From the IMG/VR virus record IMGVR_UViG_3300027782_000032, positions 32,001 to 96,000 of that record: a DNA stretch of 64,000 nucleotides; one strand, given 5' to 3'. The translations under genes and the position numbers were made by a program. The stretch is from a virus. Below the pieces are notes generated by a model. That model was not told the DNA's origin and made no database searches. It was given only the letters and a program-made list of their open reading frames with translations. Positions 1 to 10,117 of the stretch are shown one piece after another; position 1 is the first letter of the stretch; each line of letters begins with the position of its first letter.

Positions 1-1151
1 GACTGGTTTGTAGTACCAGGCACGAATACTCTATTTACACCCATCCTGTCAGCCATTCCAGCAGAGGCTCCCATAAGCCTAAACATCTCTGGCATTTCTA
101 TGCCGGCTGCCTTAGCTGTGTTAGAGGTATCTCTAACCATCTTTTCAAGTTTGTGAGGTTCCATTCCTTGCATGTTAGCTTGAGTTAAAGTTTCTATAGC
201 TCCTACAAGCTGAGACATTGGAGCATTGCTTTCTCCCATCTCTCCAAACACTTCTTGCATAGCCGCAACAGCCTTTGACATACCTTTAAGTCTTCCAGCT
301 ATTTTATCTGCATCAAACTGTCTTAACCTAGCGTCTAAGTCTGGCATGTTAGATACTTCACCTACTGTCTTGTCAAGCTGCTCAGCTATTTTACGAATAC
401 CCTCTCCTCTGCCGCCGCTATTAGGCATAGCTCCTCTACGTTGAAGCTCGTCGTATAGTGCGCCTGTTTTACCTGCTGTAAGCCCATTCATCTGAGACAC
501 TTCAGCTCTATCGCCGTACAACCTTTCGTACACATTCTTGCTCAGCTCTCCTACAGAGTTGGCGCTCATTCCTCGCCTTCCTGTAACTGGGTCGGTGGCG
601 TACCTTGCACCCTTGAACATGTTCTGAGCCATAACAGTGGCAGAACCTCTAGTACCGTTAAGACTGTCTACAAAGTCAGGAGCAAACTGCGCAGCCATAG
701 GCATAAAGCCGCTGATAGTCTCAGCCAGCTGGTTGGCTGACTCACGCTCACGGGCTCCAAACCTTTGTCCTGTAAGCGCTGCTGTTCCTTGGATCATTTT
801 AAAGATGGAGCCTTTGTCTACCTGAGACGCGTTGCCCATAGCTATGGACTGTCCCCTTAAAGCATCACCCATTCTCATTTGGCTATATAGATTACCTCCA
901 GCCGAGAACTGAGCAGGCATGTATTTGTTGCCTATAAAGCTGGTTAGTAATGGCTGCATTATGGTATTGAGCATAAGGCTCATACCTGGGTCTTGTGTTC
1001 CTATTAAGCTTGCTATGTTAAAAGAGTCACCTATAGCTCCTAGTTTTCTTCCTTGGGCTATAGGAGGCTGCGCTATATTCTGAGCAAACGTATTAGGTAC
1101 AGGTGCGAACTCAGCGTACTGAGAAGCGTAGTTAGGTGTGTTGTAGGCCAA
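1..1151 (-). CDS. Probable tape measure protein, N-terminal part (runs off left edge; TTG start; absent from ORF track)
   Basis: SD AGGAGG then TTG at 1151, open frame to window edge (LAYNTPNYASQYAEF...); Ala/Gly/Met/Gln-rich helical composition; lies downstream of tube/chaperone-like genes. Confidence 0.6.
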   Translation of the reverse strand, partial: MAYNTPNYASQYAEFAPVPNTFAQNIAQPPIAQGRKLGAIGDSFNIASLIGTQDPGMSLMLNTIMQPLLTSFIGNKYMPAQFSAGGNLYSQMRMGDALRGQSIAMGNASQVDKGSIFKMIQGTAALTGQRFGARERESANQLAETISGFMPMAAQFAPDFVDSLNGTRGSATVMAQNMFKGARYATDPVTGRRGMSANSVGELSKNVYERLYGDRAEVSQMNGLTAGKTGALYDELQRRGAMPNSGGRGEGIRKIAEQLDKTVGEVSNMPDLDARLRQFDADKIAGRLKGMSKAVAAMQEVFGEMGESNAPMSQLVGAIETLTQANMQGMEPHKLEKMVRDTSNTAKAAGIEMPEMFRLMGASAGMADRMGVNRVFVPGTTNQ

Positions 1152-1172
1152 GTCTATAACCCTCCTGGCTAG

Positions 1173-1469
1173 TTACTTAGTCTTCTTAGGATCTAACCAC
1201 GGCATAGAAGCGTCTGAATAGTCTTGCACCAAGTTTCCTATGGTATCCCAAGCTTCATTGAACAAATCAGCAGTACCGTAGCCCAAGGCACCAGTATACC
1301 TTAAAATTGCAAGTTTAACCACTTCTGCAGATTTATTTGCAGTGTAAGACTTGGCAAGCCATTTTAGCTTGAGCTGCCACTTGCGATCGAGAAGGTTAGC
1401 GTCTTTGAAGTCGACGATTCCTTTGGCGGCCATCTCTATTAATACAGAGTTTACTCGATCGCTTTCCAA
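1173..1469 (-). CDS. Hypothetical protein, possible tail assembly chaperone
   Basis: 98 aa ORF directly upstream of the tape-measure-like gene; assignment from position only. Confidence 0.35.
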   Translation of the reverse strand: MESDRVNSVLIEMAAKGIVDFKDANLLDRKWQLKLKWLAKSYTANKSAEVVKLAILRYTGALGYGTADLFNEAWDTIGNLVQDYSDASMPWLDPKKTK

Positions 1470-2683
1470 AAAGTCGGAGACTCGGCCATTACCTGTAGCT
1501 TGTCACATAGAGACTGAAACTCGAAGTACGCATGCCCTATAATCGACCTTGTGCTTTCTAGTGGTAGGTAGTTGTCAAGAACGTGATTCAAAAATGGAAC
1601 CAGCTTGTTTTGAAGCTTTATAGGTCCTGAGTCAGGCATCTCGATTTCTGCTTCTTCTAATGAAGGAATACTAACCCTGCCGTAATCTACAGACTCTATG
1701 CTGTCTAAAGACATCACCATTCTATAGGCTTGAAGGTTTCTCCAGTAGAAGTCGGTACCGCCAATAATCCTGCTGTTATAGTCCAGCTGTCCGTCTATTA
1801 CTATCTGCCGGTAAGCTATGTCAGCTTCCTTAGTGGTTATAGCTTTAAACACAACCTTGTACTTACCATCAAACATTTCATATGATTTCTTAAACCTTAT
1901 ACTTCCTAAAATAGATTGAACAAAATCAAACTTATCTTCAGGAGTTACGTCAGTTAAGTCTTCTCTCTTAAGGTCCCACCCGCAGTGAGGGCAGTTAGGC
2001 ATTAAGCTAATAGCAGACGGCTGGTATTCCTGAGCTGGAGCAGTGTATTCCACGTGAGGTCTTGGCTCCTCTTTATAAGTCTGAGGCCTAGAAGCTTCAG
2101 CTGCAGGTGATGCTATGTCATTTATGAATGATAAGTTGTTTTCTTTGTATACTGGCTTGGCTGCTTCAGGTTTAGTGGAGACGTCTCCACTAATAACAAC
2201 AGGTTCTTCTTTTTTAACTATCTCCTCTTTTTTAACAGGCTCAGGCTCATTAGGCTTAAGGTGGTCTGGTAAAATTGGAGGTTTGAATGGGTTAGCCTTA
2301 TCTACTGACCTCTTAAAAGCATCATCATGCATCTTTTTTAACGAGTCGTATCTTTCCTTGTCAGACACTATCTCGTTTAGAAGCGCCATACCCTCTTCTA
2401 TTTGCCTTCTTTGCTGAGCTGAAACTTTATCAAGAGAAACAGGAGTTTTAACTTTTTGAAGTAGGTTTCTATAGGCCGCCATATCCTGCTCAGATGCCTC
2501 TTCCTCTACTGCAGGTTTGACTTCTTCTTTTTCAGGCTTAGTTGGTGATACCTCTTCTATTGCTTTTTGAAGCTCTTCAAGCTTTCCTTCTTTTTGAAGC
2601 ATTAAAGCTTTTATTTCAAAATCCGTAAGAGAAGACAGCTTAGCCTTACCAGCTAGCGGTGGGTCTTTCTCATTCTCACTCAT
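1451..2683 (-). CDS. Hypothetical tail/baseplate assembly protein (acidic disordered N-half, CPHCG motif)
   Basis: 410 aa ORF between spike and tape measure genes; CxxC motif; function from position only. Confidence 0.35.
   Translation of the reverse strand: MSENEKDPPLAGKAKLSSLTDFEIKALMLQKEGKLEELQKAIEEVSPTKPEKEEVKPAVEEEASEQDMAAYRNLLQKVKTPVSLDKVSAQQRRQIEEGMALLNEIVSDKERYDSLKKMHDDAFKRSVDKANPFKPPILPDHLKPNEPEPVKKEEIVKKEEPVVISGDVSTKPEAAKPVYKENNLSFINDIASPAAEASRPQTYKEEPRPHVEYTAPAQEYQPSAISLMPNCPHCGWDLKREDLTDVTPEDKFDFVQSILGSIRFKKSYEMFDGKYKVVFKAITTKEADIAYRQIVIDGQLDYNSRIIGGTDFYWRNLQAYRMVMSLDSIESVDYGRVSIPSLEEAEIEMPDSGPIKLQNKLVPFLNHVLDNYLPLESTRSIIGHAYFEFQSLCDKLQVMAESPTFWKAIE
2172..2193. repeat. Dispersed palindrome copy 1 (22-bp perfect: TTAGTGGAGACGTCTCCACTAA)
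   Basis: Perfect inverted repeat, 16-bp core at 2175-2190; read as SGDVST in the minus-strand CDS. Confidence 0.95.
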
Positions 2684-2702
2684 AGCATCCCCAGTCCTTT
2701 AG

Positions 2703-5354
2703 TTAGCCTATGATCTTGTAAAAGCCATCAGGAACGTTTCTGATCTCCGTCCCAGGGTTCTTGTTATCCTCTATTTCGTAATTTGGAACAAGGTCATAAA
2801 ACTTCAAATCAACCCATCTTAATGCGGTTGGGTCTATCCACGCTCCATACCCAGGCCAAGGGTATGTCAAAGATCCAAGATAAGGTACAGGCTTTTCGAG
2901 CCAGCCTTGAGCACTTCCTCCAAGAAGCCTATCTCTTTGCTGCCACCTGCTCTCGTATATTCTGAATCCGTCTGCTTTGTATCCGCTTGTAGAATCGAAG
3001 TAAAACGCCACCTTTCCCCATCCGCCGCTAGGATTAGCATCGCCTATTCTTCCAGCTTCCCTAAACGGAAGGTTTATCGCATTCTCATACGCATCAGCTC
3101 CCATGTTTACAACCTTATCTTCTGCTTCCCTTATCTTTTCAAGTTCTTCATCTGCTTTTTGAGCTGCAGTCTGTCCGTTACCTACGTCTTGGCTTAAGTC
3201 GCCTACAAAACCGCTATAGTCCTTAGCTAGTGCTGTGGCTATATGGCCTGTAGTAGATATGAAGTGGTTTCTGCAAGCCATGTATCCAAGGCATGCCATT
3301 GTACCTGTAGAGTAAGTTGGAGACCCTAGTAAAGTGCTTTGATTACTAAAGACATTTGAACCTGAGTAATTTCCGTCTGAACCAAAGAAATCGTACCTAG
3401 ATTCTGTCATAAAGTTAGCGGTTACTCTAGCTGACAGAACTATATCCCCAGCCGCATTACCTCCTGCATCTATAACTATGTTGCTGGACGCGCCGCTAGA
3501 CCCAGACCTTATGTAAACCTCCATCTCTGCTAGTGTGCTCACCTGACCTGCTGATTTTAAAACTATACCCTGCTGGCTAGGACACTTGTTCTCTATAAGC
3601 AATTTACCTTCTGACTTGCCGTTACCTGCTAGCATGAAGAGGTCTTTTTCAGCTTTAATTCTTACGTCTGCATCGCTAGAAGATATATCAACTGAATGCT
3701 TGGATCTTAGACAAGTTGATCTACCAACAAGAGATACTAGATTCCTCCCTGGTCTAAGCTGAATATCTCCAGGACAGCTCAACTCTATCGAGCCTCCTAC
3801 CATCCTTATCTCTTCACCGTTAGGTCCAGCTATTACGATAGTACCGTCAGGTAATATCTTAAAATAAGACATTAGCTTGTTATACTTAGCTTTGTATCTG
3901 TGATCTACCGTTTTTGTAACTGTACTGGCAGGGTCTATGTACCACTGGCCAGACAACTGTCCGTATGATGGGCTCTCTTCTTTCTCTGGAGGCTCAATTT
4001 TATTAAAGTCATTTTCATGGTACTTAAATGGATGCTCGTTTCTCCATGCAAACGCGTACGCTGTGTCGTCATCAGCGCACAAAGATCTTCCTGGATATGA
4101 CTCAGCGTCTATGGGCGTGTCAGAAAGTCGGTGGTCTTTTCCTGACCCAGATAGCCCTGAAAACTTATAGTTCTGTCTAGTATCGCCTTCCAGTTCGTTT
4201 TCTATTCTAGCTTTTCTAACTGGCGGCTTGTATAGCGGAGAGTGCGCTATAGTTATTCCTTGAGATGACCTAATGTGATAGTTACCGTCTAGTGAAAGGT
4301 GTTGCTCCCACACTGACTCTCCGGTAGCTCCTCCTAGCTTGTTAACTCCTGACGCTCCGTCAGGTGGTAGCCTTAAAGTAGTTCTAAATCCTTGACCAAG
4401 GTATCCTGTGTACGTCTGTAGTCTATAGTAGGGAACTTGATCATCCTTTTCCTCTGAGCTTACTATGTCAGCAGCTCCTAGATAAGGCCTGTCAACCTGC
4501 TCGTCTCTAGCTGATATAGTCTTTGAAGATGGAGTACCTAAATCAAACGCTCCTACGCCTTCCCAAGAGTAAGGAGTAGTGCCTACGTACCCTACAGCTT
4601 CTCCGTTATCGTCAAAATGCTCTTGCTCGTAGCTGCCTGCACGTATTTGAATGTTATGACCTTGCATTCTTGCTAGCTGGTCGAAGTGGAACGACCAGAA
4701 GCCGCAGTTTTCATCTGCTTTGATAAATGCCATGAATGGGTCTATAAACACTGAGGTTCCTGTCTCGCACACCCAGCCCCTCTCACCTACTAGAGTAGAA
4801 TCAAGCGGAGCTCCATTTGAAAAGTTTACAAGGAACTCAGGATCTATAGCTGACATAAGAGTATTGGTTGATTCTGAAGACACTGAATGGCCAGAAGCCA
4901 TAGTGATGGTCTCTGCAAGCACATCAGCCACGTCATTCATTATTTCAGGGTCTGAACCTAATATTGTGCCACAAGCGGTGTTGTCGTTGCTTATGAAGTA
5001 AACTTTAGTGTGAGGCTGCAAAGATCCTATTCTTCTAGCCCCCAAAGGAGACTGAGACGAATCAGAAATAAGGCTGCACATTAGCGGAGCACCACCGTCG
5101 AAGGCTATAACTTTATAGCATCCCCAAAAAGGCAACGCCTCTGCTATTACACCACACCTAACTAGACTTGTATGAGATAGGTCTAGTTTGTGTGAAGTCC
5201 CTGTAGAGTATATATCGCTGTCGTTTTTAGACGGCCTAGACAAAGGGTTTGTAGACCCAATATAGGCTGATGTGTTACCTATAGAGCTTTCAACGTTGCT
5301 TATGAATTTATCAAAAAACACACCAAAGTTATTTTCGTTTGAAGATTCAGCCAT
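2703..5354 (-). CDS. Baseplate central spike protein (gp5/VgrG-like)
   Basis: 883 aa; short beta-strand repeats (DGTIVIAGPNGEEIRMVGGSIELSCPGDIQL...) like spike beta-helices; follows tube genes. Confidence 0.5.
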   Translation of the reverse strand: MAESSNENNFGVFFDKFISNVESSIGNTSAYIGSTNPLSRPSKNDSDIYSTGTSHKLDLSHTSLVRCGVIAEALPFWGCYKVIAFDGGAPLMCSLISDSSQSPLGARRIGSLQPHTKVYFISNDNTACGTILGSDPEIMNDVADVLAETITMASGHSVSSESTNTLMSAIDPEFLVNFSNGAPLDSTLVGERGWVCETGTSVFIDPFMAFIKADENCGFWSFHFDQLARMQGHNIQIRAGSYEQEHFDDNGEAVGYVGTTPYSWEGVGAFDLGTPSSKTISARDEQVDRPYLGAADIVSSEEKDDQVPYYRLQTYTGYLGQGFRTTLRLPPDGASGVNKLGGATGESVWEQHLSLDGNYHIRSSQGITIAHSPLYKPPVRKARIENELEGDTRQNYKFSGLSGSGKDHRLSDTPIDAESYPGRSLCADDDTAYAFAWRNEHPFKYHENDFNKIEPPEKEESPSYGQLSGQWYIDPASTVTKTVDHRYKAKYNKLMSYFKILPDGTIVIAGPNGEEIRMVGGSIELSCPGDIQLRPGRNLVSLVGRSTCLRSKHSVDISSSDADVRIKAEKDLFMLAGNGKSEGKLLIENKCPSQQGIVLKSAGQVSTLAEMEVYIRSGSSGASSNIVIDAGGNAAGDIVLSARVTANFMTESRYDFFGSDGNYSGSNVFSNQSTLLGSPTYSTGTMACLGYMACRNHFISTTGHIATALAKDYSGFVGDLSQDVGNGQTAAQKADEELEKIREAEDKVVNMGADAYENAINLPFREAGRIGDANPSGGWGKVAFYFDSTSGYKADGFRIYESRWQQRDRLLGGSAQGWLEKPVPYLGSLTYPWPGYGAWIDPTALRWVDLKFYDLVPNYEIEDNKNPGTEIRNVPDGFYKIIG

Positions 5355-5371
5355 TGTAGGTATCCAATCAT

Positions 5372-5416
5372 AAAAAAGAACTGCCGTACGCCCCTATTGT
5401 GAGGTGTACGGCAGTT
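5372..5416 (-). terminator. Intrinsic terminator after tail tube genes
   Basis: 11-bp stem AACTGCCGTAC/GTACGGCAGTT, followed by a T tract on the minus strand. Confidence 0.8.
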
Positions 5417-5442
5417 ATTTTCAATAGCACTAAACGTATAGA

Positions 5443-5937
5443 CTACTTGTACTCATACTCTAGGTCTGTCATAATTCCTTGAATCTGGGAGTTAATAAGA
5501 TTATCTTGAGCGGCTATGGAGAATCCTACACTTGAAAGAAGTACTCCAGTTAGATTAAGAGTTAGGTCACCTGTGCCAACCCCAGTTCCGGCTGCGAGTT
5601 CTGGGGGATTATCAACATCGCAGAATGCGCCAGGAATCAGTAATGTAAGTCTTCTATCTCCAGTACAAGGATTAGCTAAGGATGTAACTTGGTCTAATGC
5701 AGCCGACCCAAATCCTAAAATTTGAGTAGCGCTAAACGTACCATTAGCCTTACCAACAACATAATATCTATTGTTAGAGCCGACTTCAAAAAGAGGCTGT
5801 ATAGGCTGTTGATGTGAAACCTGAAGGTTCTGTATTAGAGTAAGAGGGCCGCCACCAAAGCTTAAGGACGTCCCTAGGGTAGTCCTAAAAGCTCCCCTGT
5901 ATACTCCTTGAGAGTCTTTTCCAAATATTGATGCCAT
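5443..5937 (-). CDS. Tail tube protein, paralog 2
   Basis: 164 aa, highly similar to 5959-6438; downstream of sheath; QNLQVSHQQPIQPLFEVGSN. Confidence 0.7.
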   Translation of the reverse strand: MASIFGKDSQGVYRGAFRTTLGTSLSFGGGPLTLIQNLQVSHQQPIQPLFEVGSNNRYYVVGKANGTFSATQILGFGSAALDQVTSLANPCTGDRRLTLLIPGAFCDVDNPPELAAGTGVGTGDLTLNLTGVLLSSVGFSIAAQDNLINSQIQGIMTDLEYEYK

Positions 5938-5958
5938 GGCTACTTACCTTCCGTGTTG

Positions 5959-6438
5959 TTATGGGTTAATGTTAGCGTCAGTGTATTCCAAGTCTACCAT
6001 AATACCGCTTACATTAGAGTTGATAAGGTTGTCCTGTGATGCCACAGTAAACCCTACCTGTTGAACCAAAACCCCTCTTAAAGAAAGGCTAAGGCTGCCA
6101 CCAGTCTTACCATCTACGGTACAGTAAGAGTTAGGAATAAGGAGATTAAGTTGACGATTACCTACGCAAGGGTTAGCAAGCTCAGTAATGCCGTTTAAAG
6201 CTTCGTTGCCGAAGCCAAGGACTTGGCCGATGGTAAAAGTACCACCGGCTTTGCCTACTACATAGAATCGCTTGTTAGAGCCAACTTCGAAAAGAGGCTG
6301 TACAGGCTGTTGATGTGAAACCTGAAGGTTCTGTACCAAGGTAAGGTCCTTGCCTGCAAACTTTAAAGCAGTCCCGGCAGTTGTCCTAAACGCGCCTTGA
6401 TAATTAGCTGCAGAGTTTTCGCCAAATATTGAAGCCAT
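5959..6438 (-). CDS. Tail tube protein, paralog 1
   Basis: 159 aa beta-rich protein immediately downstream of sheath. Confidence 0.7.
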   Translation of the reverse strand: MASIFGENSAANYQGAFRTTAGTALKFAGKDLTLVQNLQVSHQQPVQPLFEVGSNKRFYVVGKAGGTFTIGQVLGFGNEALNGITELANPCVGNRQLNLLIPNSYCTVDGKTGGSLSLSLRGVLVQQVGFTVASQDNLINSNVSGIMVDLEYTDANINP

Positions 6439-6493
6439 TATAGTTTCTCCTATTTACCTGTTTATGCCTTAACTTAGACAATTAGCCTAATGT

Positions 6494-9259
6494 TTACACA
6501 ACTAGCTTAAGCTCGATGTTGTTAAGTGGGTAAGGTACAGTCAGGTTTACTACAACAACAATGTGGTCTTTAAGGACGGCATGTTGGCGAAGTTCTGATA
6601 CAACGTAGTCAATAAGCTGAGGCCCAATGCTGGTAGTGCCTGTGTCTGACTTAAAGCCATCTCCAATACCCTTAAGGGTAATAGAAATACTTGACAGAGT
6701 GCTAGCTGTAACATTGGTGCGTCCGATGTAAGGAACAAGTCCTCTTCGGAAAGCATAGCTCATGTTGTCGACGTTAGTACGAACTTGTTCTTCACGACGG
6801 TTTAAGTCAGTGTTGTTAGTTGTAACTGCATGTCGATTGATGAAGCTGCCATCCTCTGCTTTGATAATAATCCAACCGCCGTCTCCAGCAATTGAATTAA
6901 GTTGAGCAGTGTTAAAGCCGTTGATAGCGTCTCCAACGTAGTCTACACCAGACACAGATACGCTGGTAAGACCTTGATGAGGATTAACACCAGATCGCAA
7001 ACCTGCGATAGCTGCTGCCAAGAAGTAGCTAGGCTGATTTGTGTAACCGCTTAAAGTTACATTATTGTTTGCAATCGCTACTACTCTAGTTGAAGAGTAC
7101 TTGCCAGCTGCATTACCAATTGCATCAGAATACTCGGTATTATTTAGATTTCTCCAAATTTCAACCTTTTGTGCAATAGCTACTGGAGCTGCAGGGCCAG
7201 CTTTAAGCCTAATAGTATTTTCAGAGATAACAGCCTCTACAGTATAGGATGTGTATCCAATACGGCCAAAGCCGTCAGTAATGTAGAAGTAGCGAACAGT
7301 ATCTCCAGCCCTTACTTTGTTAGTAAGGAACTTAGCGTTGTTAGCTGGAACGCTTAAACGGGTATACTGAGTACCTGAAGTGAAAGGATCGTCCGATATG
7401 GTTGCAAGCACTTCAGCACCGTCTGAAGACTTAGCTGCGCTTACAATAGGCGATAGCCTAGACTCATCAAGACCTACAACTACAGCTCTCCAACGCCCTA
7501 CTTCTGCTCCAGACTGGTCTTCAGCGTGAGCTTTGTAAGCGTCGATAACTACTTGCTCAAAGGTAAGTGGTACAAGGTTGTAAAGATCTTCACGATCTCC
7601 AACTACATCTAGTACGTTTAACCAGTCAGCAGTAACTGCTGGGTTAGACACTGCGGTGAAACGCACGTCTTGTCCGTTACAGTTCTGAAGAGCCATGAAC
7701 ACGCCCCAACACAAAGGATTGTCTGGGTGAAGTGTTCCAAGAAGTGACACAATGTCGCCTGGATCATTAATGGTGCCAAAGTCACCTACATACCGTTGAA
7801 GCCAAGCCCTGTACTCTACATACAAGTCGCCGCTTTCGATAGGAAGAGCAGTCTTAACACCGTCTACTGTCCATTCTGAATCAAATACAGTTACGTTTTC
7901 TTTTACAATAAGTTCTGTAGCGCTTGCGCTATAATTAACGTTAGGTGCGCTTTCTTCCTTGTTAATAGTAACAAGTGCGTTGCGTACAAGATAAAGCTTA
8001 AGGTCTAAATCTGCAGCACTTTGGATTTGTGTAGGAAGGTCGTCTTCAAGAACTAAAGTCCTTAAGTAACCAGAGACTACAGCTGTAACTGCAATGTAGT
8101 ACTTGTCGCCCTTGCAAAGCCCTGTACTTGAGAAGGATACAGTAATAGCTTGATTACCTACGTTAAAGGCAGTTCCAGACGCGTTTACAACTACTGGTGC
8201 ACTAAAGTCTACACCATTTGTAGTAGATACTGAGATTTCTGGTGATGAAGCGAAGGCCCCACCTTTAGTAACTTCTACAATATAGGTAGTGTCACTAGTT
8301 CCAGTGTATGTGCCACCTGAGGTAGCTACTGCAGGCGTGAACGCCTGTATTACATGTATTCTCCACTTGTGACCTACAACCAAGTCGTAGTCGCTTACAG
8401 ATGTAGTGTCTGCTGCGGATGAAGCAGAGGCAGTACCGTTGATATCAAATTCTAAATTTAAACCCCTAGTTCCGATGGCTGTGAATCCACCTGCAGCTAC
8501 TGGAGTTACAGATGCTACGTTGTCTAAGCCAGAGCTGGTAGTAACGCGAATCCTACCAGTAGTAAGATCTCCGTTTCTTGAGCTTTGGATTACTTCAACA
8601 GTGTAGTATTCATCGATTGCGCCGTCTTCTCGGCCATCGTACTGAGAAGCATTAGCCGTTACTGTAATAGAGTTCTTAACAGTGCTTAAGTCATCTACAG
8701 AAGTTGCAAGCGATTGACTTGTCTTATTAGTAGCAGCTGCAGTTGCTGCAGCTCTAGTGGCTGCTACGTCGTCACCAATGAATCCTGAGATTCTGGTTTC
8801 TAGTTCGTAGGTAGTTCCTGAAGCAACGCCTCGGACATAAACAGCGTCACCAACTCGTGCGCCTCTGTCATAAAGCTCTGCAGACTTAGGGTAGCTTGTA
8901 CCGTTGCTTGCAAAGGCTATGCCTGTTGCTTTAATTCTATTAGGGTGGGATGCCACGGTAGTAACCGTGCCACCTACGCCTGCGTCATTTTGATAATACC
9001 TAAGCTTTGCGTTGTCTACGTACAGCTTAACAAAGGTGGTATCTACAATAGACCCTGAGGAAAGGCCTGGCCAAGAGAAAGAAGTGTCAGATAGGTAGTC
9101 GTAGCCACCTAAATAGGTTAATTGTTTTTCTTCTGGTACGTTGTACCTGAAGAGCTCAGCATGTCCGCCGCTGATATGGGAGTTTAGGGCTCCAGCTGTT
9201 GCAACTGGTGCAATGCGGAATTCTTGGAAAACTGTAACTTGCGGCAGAACGTACGCCAT
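6494..9259 (-). CDS. Contractile tail sheath protein
   Basis: 921 aa; N-terminal YVLPQVTVFQE and C-terminal DHIVVVVNLTVPYPLNNIELKLVV are typical sheath termini. Confidence 0.85.
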   Translation of the reverse strand: MAYVLPQVTVFQEFRIAPVATAGALNSHISGGHAELFRYNVPEEKQLTYLGGYDYLSDTSFSWPGLSSGSIVDTTFVKLYVDNAKLRYYQNDAGVGGTVTTVASHPNRIKATGIAFASNGTSYPKSAELYDRGARVGDAVYVRGVASGTTYELETRISGFIGDDVAATRAAATAAATNKTSQSLATSVDDLSTVKNSITVTANASQYDGREDGAIDEYYTVEVIQSSRNGDLTTGRIRVTTSSGLDNVASVTPVAAGGFTAIGTRGLNLEFDINGTASASSAADTTSVSDYDLVVGHKWRIHVIQAFTPAVATSGGTYTGTSDTTYIVEVTKGGAFASSPEISVSTTNGVDFSAPVVVNASGTAFNVGNQAITVSFSSTGLCKGDKYYIAVTAVVSGYLRTLVLEDDLPTQIQSAADLDLKLYLVRNALVTINKEESAPNVNYSASATELIVKENVTVFDSEWTVDGVKTALPIESGDLYVEYRAWLQRYVGDFGTINDPGDIVSLLGTLHPDNPLCWGVFMALQNCNGQDVRFTAVSNPAVTADWLNVLDVVGDREDLYNLVPLTFEQVVIDAYKAHAEDQSGAEVGRWRAVVVGLDESRLSPIVSAAKSSDGAEVLATISDDPFTSGTQYTRLSVPANNAKFLTNKVRAGDTVRYFYITDGFGRIGYTSYTVEAVISENTIRLKAGPAAPVAIAQKVEIWRNLNNTEYSDAIGNAAGKYSSTRVVAIANNNVTLSGYTNQPSYFLAAAIAGLRSGVNPHQGLTSVSVSGVDYVGDAINGFNTAQLNSIAGDGGWIIIKAEDGSFINRHAVTTNNTDLNRREEQVRTNVDNMSYAFRRGLVPYIGRTNVTASTLSSISITLKGIGDGFKSDTGTTSIGPQLIDYVVSELRQHAVLKDHIVVVVNLTVPYPLNNIELKLVV

Positions 9260-9296
9260 GATAATCGGCCTCCATGCCTGTTTAGTTCGCCCCGTC

Positions 9297-9920
9297 TTAG
9301 GGCAGGTAAGAAGATAAATTAACCCTCTTTAGAATCGGCCCCTGCTGGGCTACTGTCCAAACCTCTTGTCCAGTGTACTGTATTACTATAGGAGCTGCAT
9401 AGTTCTCTTTTGCTTCTTCTAGCTGAAAAAGTTCTCCAAGCTCCACTGCTTCAAATTTAACCAAATTAAGAATATTTGCAATAACTAATCCGTAGGTATT
9501 TAAATCTTTAAAAACTTCTCCTGCAATTATCTCAGATTGAACTCCTGAATTAGATATACAGAATAACGTGTGAGAGCCTGCCATAAGCCTTCCATAACGC
9601 TGAGATCCTAAATATGAGTCGACTGTACCTACGCTGTCATTTAATACTAATCTGCTTGAAGTCCAGTTTCCTCTTTTAATAATTATTGCAGGTCTTTTTT
9701 CTGTAGCCTCAGGTTTCCATCTAGTTATAGACTCAATTAATATTCCTGTTGGCTGAGTAGCTTTCCACAAAAGACCCCTAAGAACTTCAGTTTCTATATT
9801 ATTAGCATCTGCAAATCTATTAGTAAGCCAGTCTCTCAAGAACCCTGTTACTACGTGAGGCATCATTCCTAACGCGCATAGGTTATTTCCTGTATCAAAT
9901 GCTGGGCTTGGGTCGCTCAT
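9297..9920 (-). CDS. Putative tail terminator / neck protein
   Basis: 207 aa directly upstream of sheath; PAIIIKRG motif; mainly positional. Confidence 0.4.
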   Translation of the reverse strand: MSDPSPAFDTGNNLCALGMMPHVVTGFLRDWLTNRFADANNIETEVLRGLLWKATQPTGILIESITRWKPEATEKRPAIIIKRGNWTSSRLVLNDSVGTVDSYLGSQRYGRLMAGSHTLFCISNSGVQSEIIAGEVFKDLNTYGLVIANILNLVKFEAVELGELFQLEEAKENYAAPIVIQYTGQEVWTVAQQGPILKRVNLSSYLP

Positions 9921-10117
9921 TACTTATTGCCTTTATTCATAAAACTAAAGTCAGGCTGCTTGTACGGTGTTGGCTGGATCATAGGTGGAAGCTCATTCTT
10001 TTTAGTGGAGACGTTTCCACTGAGCATCTTTACATGTGATGCAATCTTATCAAAGCTAGACTCATGACCAAACAATGAGTTTGATTCCATCATTCTAGGA
10101 GCTCTTTTTTCCATCAT
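9920..10117 (-). CDS. Small hypothetical protein
   Basis: 65 aa, translationally coupled on both sides; EKRA and DKIAS K-x-A motifs. Confidence 0.5.
   Translation of the reverse strand: MMEKRAPRMMESNSLFGHESSFDKIASHVKMLSGNVSTKKNELPPMIQPTPYKQPDFSFMNKGNK
10005..10020. repeat. Dispersed palindrome copy 2 (GTGGAGACGTTTCCAC, 1 mismatch)
   Basis: Encodes SGNVST on the minus strand. Confidence 0.85.

Noticed and set aside
5443-9259. Extracellular contractile injection system or prophage rather than a free phage
   Set aside because: Capsid, scaffold, protease, RNAP and RNR genes are present and no host housekeeping genes or integrase are seen.
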